Shown here in pieces: positions 23,601 to 34,626 of a stretch of DNA of 64,000 bases (position 1 is the first letter of the stretch; each line of letters opens with the position of its first letter). The notes beneath the pieces were generated by a model. It did no database searches, was not told the origin of the DNA, and saw only the letters and a program-made list of their open reading frames with translations. Both the position numbers and the translations under genes were made by a program. Source of the stretch: Macrostomum lignano (Eukaryota); contig NIVC01002844.1 in the NCBI GenBank assembly GCA_002269645.1, positions 1 through 64,000 of the forward strand, read 5' to 3'.

Positions 23601-25695
23601 CTTCCCTTGCGTACCACAACTTCTATGCCTGCTATAAGTATGAGCAAGTTTCAGCCTTCTACCATCTACATGTACTTACGTTGTAGTCCACTACAAGTAC
23701 GAGTATTACACACGCTTCAGTGTTATTTCGCTTGTACCCGTAATCGATGTTAAAACCTCGTAGTCCTCATCGTCGTGCATCCTCCATTGTAACGATACAA
23801 TATGGTACAATCTTGGTACAATATGGGTTGTCAGATTCAGTGCATTCGTGTTTTTTATTCTTGCAGTACTGTCGACCATCAGAAAAGAGTGCGAAGCTCA
23901 AAGAGGCCGACAACTGGAACAGTTGCCAAACAACAGCCCGGTCTTGGAGCGAATCATCGGCAGATTGATTGAATCATTCAAGACTCTTGTCGGAGACACT
24001 ACTCAGGCCACGCAGAGTTATGTGCATGAAGAGCTCGTCAAAATAGTCAGGAATAACCTGCAGAAGAAACCTCTGCTGAGGGGTCTGCAACAGCTGGAAG
24101 AAATTCTAACTGATGGTTGTAAAAATCAAATGGATAAGCTTAAGGAAAAAGCGCACCGGAAAGTGCTGGAAATTCTAGACATGCAGAAAGTCATCTTCCT
24201 CAACAACCCAAAGATAGATGATCTGTTCAGGTATGTGTTTACATTAAATTTTTACACTTCTTTCATCCTTAATATCTTTATTTGAGTTCATTAATCATTT
24301 TCAGGGCGAGCTGCCTATTTTGATTAATATTTCATAAATTGGGTTCAAATAGCAAAGTTGAAAATTTAAGCGAAGGTTTCACTGTATAATGTACGAGCGT
24401 CGATTAGGTTTATGCTTTCTAGGTACGCTCGTATACGGATTCAAGTGTTTTTATTCTTGAGTCAGACTGGTGCCGAGCAAATCAAATTGTGTTTGTGAAA
24501 CTGGATGGGAAGTTATAATGTAATCCTACATGTATGCTTAGACATAATGAAATTTAAGCTTTGAAAAAAATCCGTTCAAACCACTGGGACCAATACGCCT
24601 CCGTATCCTGCTATATAAACCTAATTAGCACCTGTTTAAACCCAAAAGAAGACACAAGAGCAGCAGCATTAGCACGAAAGGGGATGCGCGGAAGCAACCC
24701 CATAAAAGCAGCAGCTCAAATTAAAAGTTTGTTTGGCATCACGAATGCAAACAGCGATGCAAGAAAATTGGAAAAATACGCGTCGTAAAACTTGAAAGAA
24801 AAACATTTTTTGAGCTCACGCAGGCAGCGAAAAAACGCAGAGTCAACTGAGCGAGACGCCAATAAAAGGGGCGACGGCGCAGAGGCTAAAGCCCATGCCA
24901 CCAGGCCACTACCCCACGCACGCAGAGCCAAGAACACCCCCCCCCCCACATAGCAAAGCGAGAGAGAACGTACGCAAAGCGACACGCAAGACAGGGCAGA
25001 AGAGAGGGATTTGAAACTGGTTATTGTCATTGACTAGTCAAGACCAGTCACAAACCAACATATTGTATTTCAACAATTTATCTATTTAATTAGCTGGTAT
25101 TTTGTTCCGCAATCACTACCAACTTGAATTTTCCAGCAAAATGGCTCACGAGAAAGACGAGCAAGCTGCTGAACATGCTCCTGAAAAAAAAGCAAAATCT
25201 TTGCTGCAAATCATTGAAGACTGCGCCAAAGACTGGCTTGAAACAAGTGATTCAGCTGGTTCAGGCGCAGTTCAGGCTGCTCTGGTTGGGATCATGTCGA
25301 AATTAGGGCTCCACCCGCCGATATCGCAACTGCTTGTCATCGCCGCGTTGAATTTCTTGCCTTGGTGGTTCTCACAGCCGGAATCAAAGGATCAAAGCTT
25401 CGACCACAAGGACGATGAGCACCGGCTGGTGTGCCTCACCTACGTGTACATAGAATTGGTCTGCGATCGAACGGCCGACGCGGTGCCGATGGCCATCATT
25501 CACTTCTTTAATAAAAGGCTGGCGGCGGACGTCTGCAAGCTCATTCCGCATCCTAAGTGGGAAGATTTAAAGAACCTTAGCACCTGTGCCCAGCAACAGC
25601 AGAAGATAGAATCTGCTTCTGACAGCCTGAGGCGTTGGAAGGACATTGTCGCACAGTTGTGCAGCCCAACATCTGATGAGACGTCAGCAGTTTAA
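20686..25695 (+). CDS. Mx-like dynamin-superfamily GTPase, 7 exons, ~710 aa
   Basis: Exons 20686-20760, 20901-21169, 21400-21576, 21720-22176, 22279-22510, 23867-24230, 25137-25695. All introns are GT-AG with consistent phases (2133 nt total). Motifs: G1 VVVVGDQSDGKS, LPKGTGICTRCP, G3 DLPG, G4-position TNCD, stalk QRGRQL (cf. Mx YRGREL), GED-like YIELVCDRTADAVPMAIIHFF. Confidence 0.88.
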
Positions 25696-26072
25696 ATCGT
25701 GGTATTTCGTCGGTATTGATTTCTATATTAGTTTGTGGCGCTAGGGTGTTAATGTTAAAGACAATTTTTTTTCAAATAGTTTAAACATCCTATTAAAATT
25801 TCATTCATGTCATTAAAACTTTGAACGTTTTGTGAAGTTTTTACCAGCAAAGCATCGCAAAGTTCACTGAGGCTATCATTATAGTTTCGTCAATGGTATT
25901 CACTTAGCTATATTGAAACGAAGCAATGATATCCTCGATCGGGTATCAGTTAACTTTAGTTCTAATTTTAGGACTAAATCACCCTTCAAACTTCATACGA
26001 TCGGAGACTTAAAGTGTCTTCAGGCTTCGATGATATGAAATTTCAATGGTTTTCGAGTACTATGCTTTAGAT

Positions 26073-26240
26073 CGGGGTCCCCAAACCACTGGCGGCAGAG
26101 GCTGTAGCAGAGTACGTCCTTTGCAGGCTTGAATGCCATCATATATCAGTAGTTACCAAGACAAAAATGACTCCAAAATTAGAAACAGAAGCTGCGGGCC
26201 GCGCAGAAATGGCCTTTAGGCCGCAGGTTGGGGATCCCTG
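26073..26240. mobile_element. hAT (Charlie-like) MITE, 168 bp
   Basis: Ends cggggtccccaaacc / ggttggggatccctg. Perfect 8-bp TSD ctttagat at 26065-26072 and 26241-26248. Confidence 0.85.
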
Positions 26241-26251
26241 CTTTAGATAAT

Positions 26252-26367
26252 GGGGTCGTACTATAAAGCTGTCGTAGCGTAAGTTCGATCGTACGTCGGA
26301 ACTTTTACACTGCGGAGATAGGAGCTAAGAACGATCTTATCTTACGATGGCTTTATAGAACGGGCTC
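26252..26367. mobile_element. Small inverted-repeat element (possible PIF/Harbinger-type MITE)
   Basis: ggggtcgtactataaagctgtcgta ... tacgatggctttatagaacgggctc form ~25-bp imperfect inverted repeats. TSD not clear. Confidence 0.45.
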
Positions 26368-27625
26368 AAAAAGTTTCAGGCTTGGGGTCTTGGGAAAAAG
26401 AGCCCAGAAACCAACCGCGTTTAAGAACGCTCATTATTTATGAAAAAATTGCGTCTGCTTTACAATTTTTAAAACAAAGAGTACGTTCATGCGATTTTAC
26501 TGTATAATTTTACAACCATCTACTGCAGACATACAGACATTAATAATAATATATTAATATCAGACATACAATTATGCAAACTTATACACGCTTTTTCAGA
26601 AGCTAGTAACTTGTTGTTTAATCTTATACAGCCATCTCTATTCAGGTGAGCTCGAACTTGATGCGGGCTTTGTATATTTATCTTATTTATAATCTTTAGT
26701 TTGCTTGTATTTGGTTGAATTATGCCTTCTGCCGCGGTGCACTTGCGTTCACCCGACGCTGCACCTACCCTCACGTCTGCGTCAAGCCCCTTTCCTCTGA
26801 ACTTTTAATTAAAGCGATTTATTTCTGATGTGTAGGCAGTGTTTCAACCAGCCGACTCAACTTTTTTTATTTCTTGTATCGTTTCTTGTAGGCTTTCTCT
26901 GTGTTAATTTTTTGGTAGAAAGTATAGGATATTTAGGTGAAACCCTTTTGAATAATAAATGATATTCATAATCCTAATTATATTCCGTGATCCTTTGAAT
27001 AAGAAATATATACTGTGCGATAAATTAGTTTTTTATATTTTATAAGCTCGTAAAACAATATATTTTGTTCGCTGCAATTTATCTTTATCATAAACCCATC
27101 GCATGGACATATGACTAACTACCGGTACTTATCTACACTTTATATTACATGTAAGACTATGTTGATCCTTCATTCTTAATCCTGATTTGACACATGTACG
27201 TCGTATCAAACTATCAGTGTCCTGATAGTCTCCTGAAAGACTACATGAAACTCAGAAAAAGAAAGTTTTCATTCTTCTTTGCACGCATCTTTGTTAAAAT
27301 CAGTTCGAAAAATGGCAGTTCAATCGGTTTAGCTCTTCGACAAAATTAAAACTGAAAATCCTTTATATTTAGGCGCCCATGGCTAATTAGATACGGCTTA
27401 GCAGTAGGATTCCTGTAGTAACTGCTTCAGTAAGCGCTTTAACTGTGGCCCTTGGTCACAAGATGCGTTTAAGATTAAGATATATCACAACCACAGATCA
27501 ACAGAGCGCCGCTTATGCAGAAATTAGTTGGAAAACGCCATTGTCTTTCTAACGTGGTCGGAAAAGTTTGCAAAGCTTCATCCAGACTTATGCAACAGTA
27601 GAGTCCAAGCTTTTCGTCTCTGCAT

Positions 27626-28372
27626 TCAGTTGAACGGCGACTGGCACTCGCAAAGTCCATGAGTGCCGCTGCCCAGAGACATGTCGGACAACTTGTCCCT
27701 TCCTGGGTAGGCAGCAATCAAGAACTGCCCGTCAAGACCATTATTTGGCTCGCCCTCGGCCCACAGGCTGCTGTCCACAGTGTTGTTGCAGCCGACCCAG
27801 TGCCAGCCGCCTGCCGGCTCCGCGCTGCCGGGAACCTGGAAGCCTCCCAGCCACAATGAAGTTCCATCCGTTCGAAGCGACCGCACCGAGTTTACGTGCG
27901 CCATCTCTGCTATGCTTGTCACGTCCGCCATGATCACCAGACCGCTCTCCGACTCGCATGTCGATTTTATGACGTCCCACGAGCCGCTGACCACCTTGTA
28001 CTTGACTCCACACAGGTCGTCTCCGTATCCGGGCGGACACAGCAGTCCCGCCGGCAGTCCCGGCTGCTGCCTCACGAACACCCGGCCTCGTCTCGAGCAG
28101 CCGCAGTCCCTCACAGACTTGCTGCACTTGTTGAACTCGAACAGCTGGCACGGACCGTCGGACAGGCTGAAGGCCTGGCACTGCGGCCTCAGGCCACACA
28201 GGATGGCGCAGTGCTGCTCCGAAGTCACGCTTGGGAATTTTCGCACAAAGTCGCTGTTGATGCAGAGGGAGCCGTCAGTAGGAGAGAATCGAGTTTTGCA
28301 GAGCTCACTGCTGACTGACAAAGTTGCACAGGCAGAGACGATGCTCAACGTAAGGCTGTAGGCGACCTGCAT
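27626..28372 (-). CDS. Secreted PAN/Apple-like + C-type lectin protein, copy E (248 aa)
   Basis: Intact ORF with a divergent signal peptide, the shared core and an EPNN motif. Confidence 0.87.
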   Translation of the reverse strand: MQVAYSLTLSIVSACATLSVSSELCKTRFSPTDGSLCINSDFVRKFPSVTSEQHCAILCGLRPQCQAFSLSDGPCQLFEFNKCSKSVRDCGCSRRGRVFVRQQPGLPAGLLCPPGYGDDLCGVKYKVVSGSWDVIKSTCESESGLVIMADVTSIAEMAHVNSVRSLRTDGTSLWLGGFQVPGSAEPAGGWHWVGCNNTVDSSLWAEGEPNNGLDGQFLIAAYPGRDKLSDMSLGSGTHGLCECQSPFN

Positions 28373-28908
28373 GGCGAGGTTGAACTGAGCAGGGAGAACT
28401 GGCCAGCTCCAATGCTTTTTGGTGTTGATAACGTCTCTGCAGATGCTTTTGTTTCTTTGTTGTCGTCGTAATGAACAACTTACAGTAATGAACTCTGACA
28501 GCTGCTTTTGAACGCTTCAAAATTATCATTGTTTCCGAAATTTCTGCGTGCCTGCTGCCATGTCAGCTTGTCCCAATAGTTGAATGAATCAAATTTTTGA
28601 CAGTTAAATGGACGACTCTAATCAAATCAAGTCTGCCGTGAGTTCAATTGAAGCATTCAAAGGAAATTCGATTGATTTGCAGTGGCAGGAGTTAACTTGT
28701 ACTTTTTAACTTGTAGTCCAGGATCCGGTGGAGCAAGAACTCAGGCAGCTGGCTTTAGTTTGAGTTGGTATGCATTTGGTCATTATTGTTGCTGAACTTT
28801 ACGCTTAACGAGGTCGCGTAATGAGATTTATATCTCTGTAGAGTATCATTCATTCATGAAATACTACTGTAAGTAGAGTAATGCAAACACGCGCAGAAAA
28901 ACCTAAAC

Positions 28909-29050
28909 GATGAATCATGTTTCTATTTATAATAAAAAGATGAATCATGTTGCTATTTATAATAAAAAGATGAATCATGTTGCTATTTATAATAAAAAGA
29001 TGAATCATGTTGCTATTTATAATAAAAAGATGAATCATGTTGCTATTTAT
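28909..29050. repeat. 30-bp AT-rich tandem repeat (~4.7 copies)
   Basis: Unit atgaatcatgttgctatttataataaaaag. Confidence 0.92.
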
Positions 29051-30844
29051 GTTTCGCAAAATTTGTGTATAAATAAAAGCAAAAAATCCGAGCTGAAATC
29101 TCGGAGCTCGGAGCAGACTTGAGAACAACCAAGAACTACGAGGCTACATCTCTGAGAGAAGTAGATACCGTTCGGTATTCCTTTGTTGGAGTCTTTGTTA
29201 TTTGATTACTGAGCTTTGTTACTTCCGGCCGTACTTTTCAGTTGATTTCTATTGAGTTGTTGACTTTGAGGCCTCCCTATTCATGAGGGATTGGATAGGA
29301 TCTGCGGACCGATTCCGACACCCTAAGACGATTATCGATTGATTGATTTTGGCACCCTAGAGTAACCGATAGGGGCACACGACTCTGATTCCGTTATTTC
29401 TAGAAGAAGACGCCCTCTTGGAGGACCTCGTTATTGTTACAGAGTGCACTTTGTTATTACGGCGCATCTCTGATTTTGATTACTGATTTTGAAGAATACA
29501 TTGACTTCAACAGATTGAATTGTTACGATCACTAAAGTGCTCTCATACTCGGCCGCCTTCAGAATCCAAGAAACACCGGAGAAGACTACATTGAGGAGAC
29601 GAGCTCTACGGACCTGCCCGACAAAGAAGAGGAGCCCGCAATAGTAAGTGATCACTAAATTCTGTTCCCAGACTAGCGGTCTGGAAGTGGGAATTTTTTT
29701 AGTGACTGCTCACCACTCTTAAACTCTTCATTTCTTTGTATCTGTAAAGTACACCTAATCTGCGTACGTGGAAAGCAGTGGCACCGGCTGTAGATACATT
29801 TCGACAACAACTCCTGCAGGTGAAGCGGCCTGCAAGCTGGAGCCGATGACGTAACTGGTCGCTGAGTGATTTTGCAAATAACTGTGCTGCAGGTTGCTGC
29901 TGTTCGAGCGAGTTAGACACGCGTCTGCCTACCCAAGTAAATTCCTCTGACTTGTAGCTACACTCGTTCCTATCGAAAGTAGTGAGCTGTGAAAAATTGA
30001 TTTGATGTGAAATTAATCCATTTTGATAGCTGTTTGCTAGCGGAACTCTTTTAGGAATCATAGTATCGTATCGAAATGTGGCTGTAGTGTGGGTTGTTGA
30101 GGTGCAGGGGGTAGCTGGCTGGCCAAGGTTGAGTTGGGTTCGGTCAGGGGATGCAAGCTGTGTTCCCTGAGCCGCCACATTGTTATCATGCCGGTACTGC
30201 TATTACTGACATTTTTCATAAAAGAAGGCATTTCCTATATACTAAAAATGTGATGTCTATATATATATATATGTGATAGATTAGAGAAAAAATGGCTGGA
30301 CCGATTTTGTTCGAACTTGCGCTGTTCGATCAGAAATTTTCCCGTGACGGTACATGCATCATGGCTAAGAAATTTCTCGATGCTAAAGGCATTAAATATT
30401 CGAAAAACATGCTGTTTTGCAAAGGTCAAGCAAACTTTTTGACTTGAAATGCATTGTAAGAATGCTAGAGAAAAAACTGACTGGTTGAATTCTGACTCTG
30501 AAATAGATTGCATCATAACTGAATTGTAACTCCGACTTGAATTGAAAATGCAGTGTGGAAGCGTAGCACCAGACTTGATTTAAATTGCGTAACCATATTG
30601 TTAACTGATACTGACTGACTGAGAAACTGATTATGTCATAACTGCTTCGTGTGATTTACTCTATGCTTGGATTTAAAAGTGTTGAGTTATATAAGTGCAA
30701 AAGTTGATGTTATCAAAACGATGAGAGCTAGCCTAAAGGTGAACAAACTGAACTGCTAAATGCAGTGACGATGGTTTGAATTTTCATAGAGTATAATTTT
30801 TTTAATTAAAGCTTTTCAACGTCAGGAAAACTAAAAGACTTTTT

Positions 30845-31930
30845 AAAAAGAAGCGTCATGTAAAAATCATAGAAGCGTCATTTACAAAATCATAGAAGCA
30901 TCATTTAAAAAATCATAGAAGCGTCATGTAAAAAATCATAGAAGCGTCATGTAGACAATCATAGAAGCGTCATTTAAAAAATCATAGAAGCGTCATATAA
31001 AAATCATAGATGCGTCATTTAAAAAATCGTAGAAGCGTCATGTAAACAATCATAGAAGCGTCATGTAAAAAATCATAGAAGCGTCATGTAAACAATCATA
31101 GAAGCGTCATTTAAAAAATCATAGAAGCGTCATGTAAACAATCATAGAAGCGTCATGTAAAAAATCATAGAAGCGTCATGTAAACAATCATAGAAGCGTC
31201 ATTTAAAAAATCATAGAAGCGTCATGTAAACAATCATAGAAGCGTCATGTAAACAATCATAGAAGCGTCATGTAAAAAATCGTAGAAGCGTCATGTAAAA
31301 AATCTTAGAAGCGTCATTTAAAAAATCATAGAAGCGTCATATAAAAATCATAGATGCGTCATTTAAAAAATCGTAGAAGCGTCATATAAAAATCATAGAT
31401 GCGTCATTTAAAAAATCGTAGAAGCGTCATGTAAACAATCATAGAAGCGTCATGTAAAAAATCGTAGAAGCGTCATGTAAAAAATCTTAGAAGCGTCATG
31501 TAAACAATCATAGAAGCGTCATGTAAACAATCATAGAAGCGTCATGTAAACAATCATAGAAGCGTCATGTAAACAATCATAGAAGCGTCATTTAAACAAT
31601 CATAGAAGCGTCATTAAAAAATAATAGAAGCGTCATTTAAAAAATCATAAAAGAGTCATGTAAACAATCATAGAAGCGTCATGTAAACAATCATAGAAGC
31701 GTCATTTAAAAAATCATAGAAGCGTCATATAAAAATCATAGATGCGTCATTTAAAAAATCATAGAAGCGTCATTAAAAAATCATAAAAGCGTCATTTAAA
31801 AATCATAGAAGCGTCATATAAAAATCGTAGAAGCGTCATGTAAAAATCATAGAAGCGTCAAGAAAAAATCATAGAAGCCTCATTTAAAAACTAATGAAAG
31901 TGTCATTTAAAAAATTAAGAAGCGTCACGG
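30845..31930. repeat. 23-bp AT-rich minisatellite (~45 copies)
   Basis: Unit gcgtcatgtaaacaatcatagaa and variants. Confidence 0.95.
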
Positions 31931-32748
31931 TAGAATAAAAGAAACGTCATGTCAGACATGAAGGGTTCATGTAAAAATTAAATGCAATTATAATGCTGTG
32001 CTGGGGAGAAAAACTGAGACGTAAAGGCTCTCAGAGAATAACTGAGATTACGGGGGGGGGGGGGTTTCTGAGATGTCAAAGCAAAAGTCAGAAGCTACTT
32101 CAAAGTTCATGTCACGGGGGGGGGGCGCTGATAGAAGAAGAGTCATGTAAAAAATAAAAGTAGCACTATGTATACATAAAATAAAAGTCATGTCGAAGTT
32201 AAAAGATTCATTTGGGAATTGCTACGATGTCAAAGCTTGGTGGAAATCGTTATAGTGCTGTTATTCTTAAAGAAGGAATCACTAAAATGTCAAGGCTTAG
32301 GGGAGAAGAATTGCTGAGATTTCAAGGCTTTAGGTTGGCTTAAAGTTAGGTTTAGGTCAGGTGTGGGTTGAGGGTTATATTTTATCGGGTTTCAAGGTTA
32401 ACAGGGGATTTTTTAGATTTCAAGGTTTATGGGGGCCATTGCTGACATGTCAAGGCTTACGGGGGAATAGCTGAGATGTCAAGGCTCACGGGGGTATAAA
32501 TGAGATTTCAAGGCTAAAGTCAGAAGCTACATGTAGTTTATTGAAAACTTTTTATTACATTATTTGATGCCTCCTCAGGGGAGGGATCGCTGATAAAAAA
32601 GCGTAATGTAAAAAATAAAAGAAGCTTCATGTCGAAGTTAAGAGATTCGTTTGGGAATCCCTACGATGTTGAGGCTTGCAGGGAATCGCTATAATGCTGT
32701 AGTAGTGCTATAATGACTCTTAGAGAGAATTACTGAAATTTCAATGCT

Positions 32749-32810
32749 TTAGGGTTAGGTTAGGGTTAGGGTTAGGGTTAGGGTTAGGGTTAGGCTAGGG
32801 TTAGGGTTAG
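32749..32810 (+). repeat. Interstitial telomeric repeat (TTAGGG)n, ~10 units
   Basis: ttagggttaggttagggttagggttagggttagggttagggttaggctagggttagggttag. Confidence 0.9.
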
Positions 32811-33894
32811 AAGGTTGACAGATATTTTTAGATTTCCAAGGCTTATTGGGGGCATTGCTGAGATGTCAAGGGGGGAAGTTGATATGTTAAAGCTTGTGGG
32901 GGGGGATAACTGACATGTCAAGGCTTACAAGGTTTGACAGAAGATTTTTTAAGATTTCAAGGATACATGTAGCTTATTAAAAAAACGTGTATTGCATTTC
33001 TTTGGCTCCCCAACGGGGGGCGTAGATTGCTAGTTTTATCACTAATTTTCTTTGTCGTAAAGTACCAAATACAGTACCAAAAAAGTCCTGCAAATGACGG
33101 AAAGACCAAGTCAAGCTTTTGGAGCATAATGGACGTTATGAGGCAAATACTTGGTATCGAATACAGCCACGAAAATTTGAGTAAGGAAAACTGGTAGAAA
33201 ATGAGCGTCAGAAAAGCTAGTCAGAACATCTGTAACATACACAGTCTAAGAGTAACTGGGTAGTGTTGCCATGACAACAAGAACCAGAAGCCCGATATAT
33301 TGGATAGGTTGCAGAAGCCGAGACCCAACTGTGAAGCGACTGCTTCACTAGCTAAATAGAATGAAATGCTTGATAAAGAGAAAGTGGTAATTTCCATTAT
33401 ACGAGCTAAAACAGTTATAATGGAAAATAATTGTTATACTTTTAATATACAAGAAACCAGATAACTTGTAAACATTGAATACCGGCCTTGCTTACTGATC
33501 ATTTTTGTCTGTTTTCTTGTTTTTTTTTAATGAAAACGGTTGGCAACCATTTGTAAAAAATAACCCGCTCTGGGACACGGGATTCTAGATGCAAATCTGC
33601 TAGGTAGGAGAGATGCTCAAGAGTAGCCCAAGCGTCAAGCGTACCAGCGCTCATATGCTGTGCGCTGAAAAGCAACAAAATTAAATAATGCAAAAGCAAG
33701 CCTGACTCCATGCAAGCATTTCCAGTGCAAAACAAAATCGGAATAAACTGGTAGCCTTCTCTACGTTTAATTACTCTGACTTCACATAATTTAAACATAA
33801 ATTCACATAAAGCTCGCTTGATTGAGAGTCAGCGAGTTGCTGGCCACTGATCCAATGACTAAAAATCGTAATCCGAAATCTAAATTTCTCCTGC

Positions 33895-34626
33895 TCAGTG
33901 AAACGGCGACAGGCACTCGCAGAGACCGTATTTGGCGAACGAATAGTCAGTGAGTCCGCTCTTTTTGGTATAGACAGCGAGCAAGTTCTGCCCATCACCG
34001 CCATCGTTTGGCTCACCACCGGCCCAAAGGCTCGGGTCCAAAGGGATGTTGCAGCCGACCCAGTACCAGCCGCCATCAGGCTCCGCGCTGCCGGCCGTCT
34101 GGAAGCCTCCCAGCCACAGATCGTTACTAGGACGAAGCGACTCCACGTGGCTCATCTCTGAGCTGCTCGTCACATCCGCCATGATCACCAGACCGCTCTC
34201 CGACTCGCATGTCGATTTTATGACGCCCCACGAGCCGCTGACCACCTTGTACTTGACTCCACAGAAGTCGTCTCCGTATCCGGGCGGACACAGCAGTCCC
34301 GCCGGCAGTCCCGGTTGCTGCCTCACGAACACCCGGCCTCGTCTCGAGCAGCCGCAGTCCCTCACAGACTTGCTGCACTTGTTGAACTCGAACAGCTGGC
34401 ACGGACCGTCGGACAGGCTGAAGGCCTGGCACTGCGGCCTCAGGCCACACAGGAAGGAGCAGTGCTCCACCGATGTAACTCCAATGACATTGTGGACGAA
34501 TTCGCTATTGATACACAGGGAGCCGTTGATGGGAGTGAATCTCAGGGAGCAGGTCTGGCTGCTCAGAGCAGAGCTCAGCAGTGAGGCAAAGACGAAGGCA
34601 GTCTTGAGGCACTCAAGATGATGCAT
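33895..34626 (-). CDS. Secreted PAN/Apple-like + C-type lectin protein, copy F (243 aa)
   Basis: Start placed at MHHLECLK (ATG 34626), the same leader as copy D. EPND motif; distinct C-terminal loop sequence. Confidence 0.87.
   Translation of the reverse strand: MHHLECLKTAFVFASLLSSALSSQTCSLRFTPINGSLCINSEFVHNVIGVTSVEHCSFLCGLRPQCQAFSLSDGPCQLFEFNKCSKSVRDCGCSRRGRVFVRQQPGLPAGLLCPPGYGDDFCGVKYKVVSGSWGVIKSTCESESGLVIMADVTSSSEMSHVESLRPSNDLWLGGFQTAGSAEPDGGWYWVGCNIPLDPSLWAGGEPNDGGDGQNLLAVYTKKSGLTDYSFAKYGLCECLSPFH

Noticed and set aside
29100-29700. Possible LTR or retroelement terminus
   Set aside because: No second copy, TG...CA ends or convincing PBS identified in the window.
4245-34621. Plus-strand ORFs overlapping the lectin genes (e.g. 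9234-9725, 12204-12857, 27780-28361, 34046-34621)
   Set aside because: Antisense shadows of GC-rich coding sequence, recurring only because the genes are duplicated.
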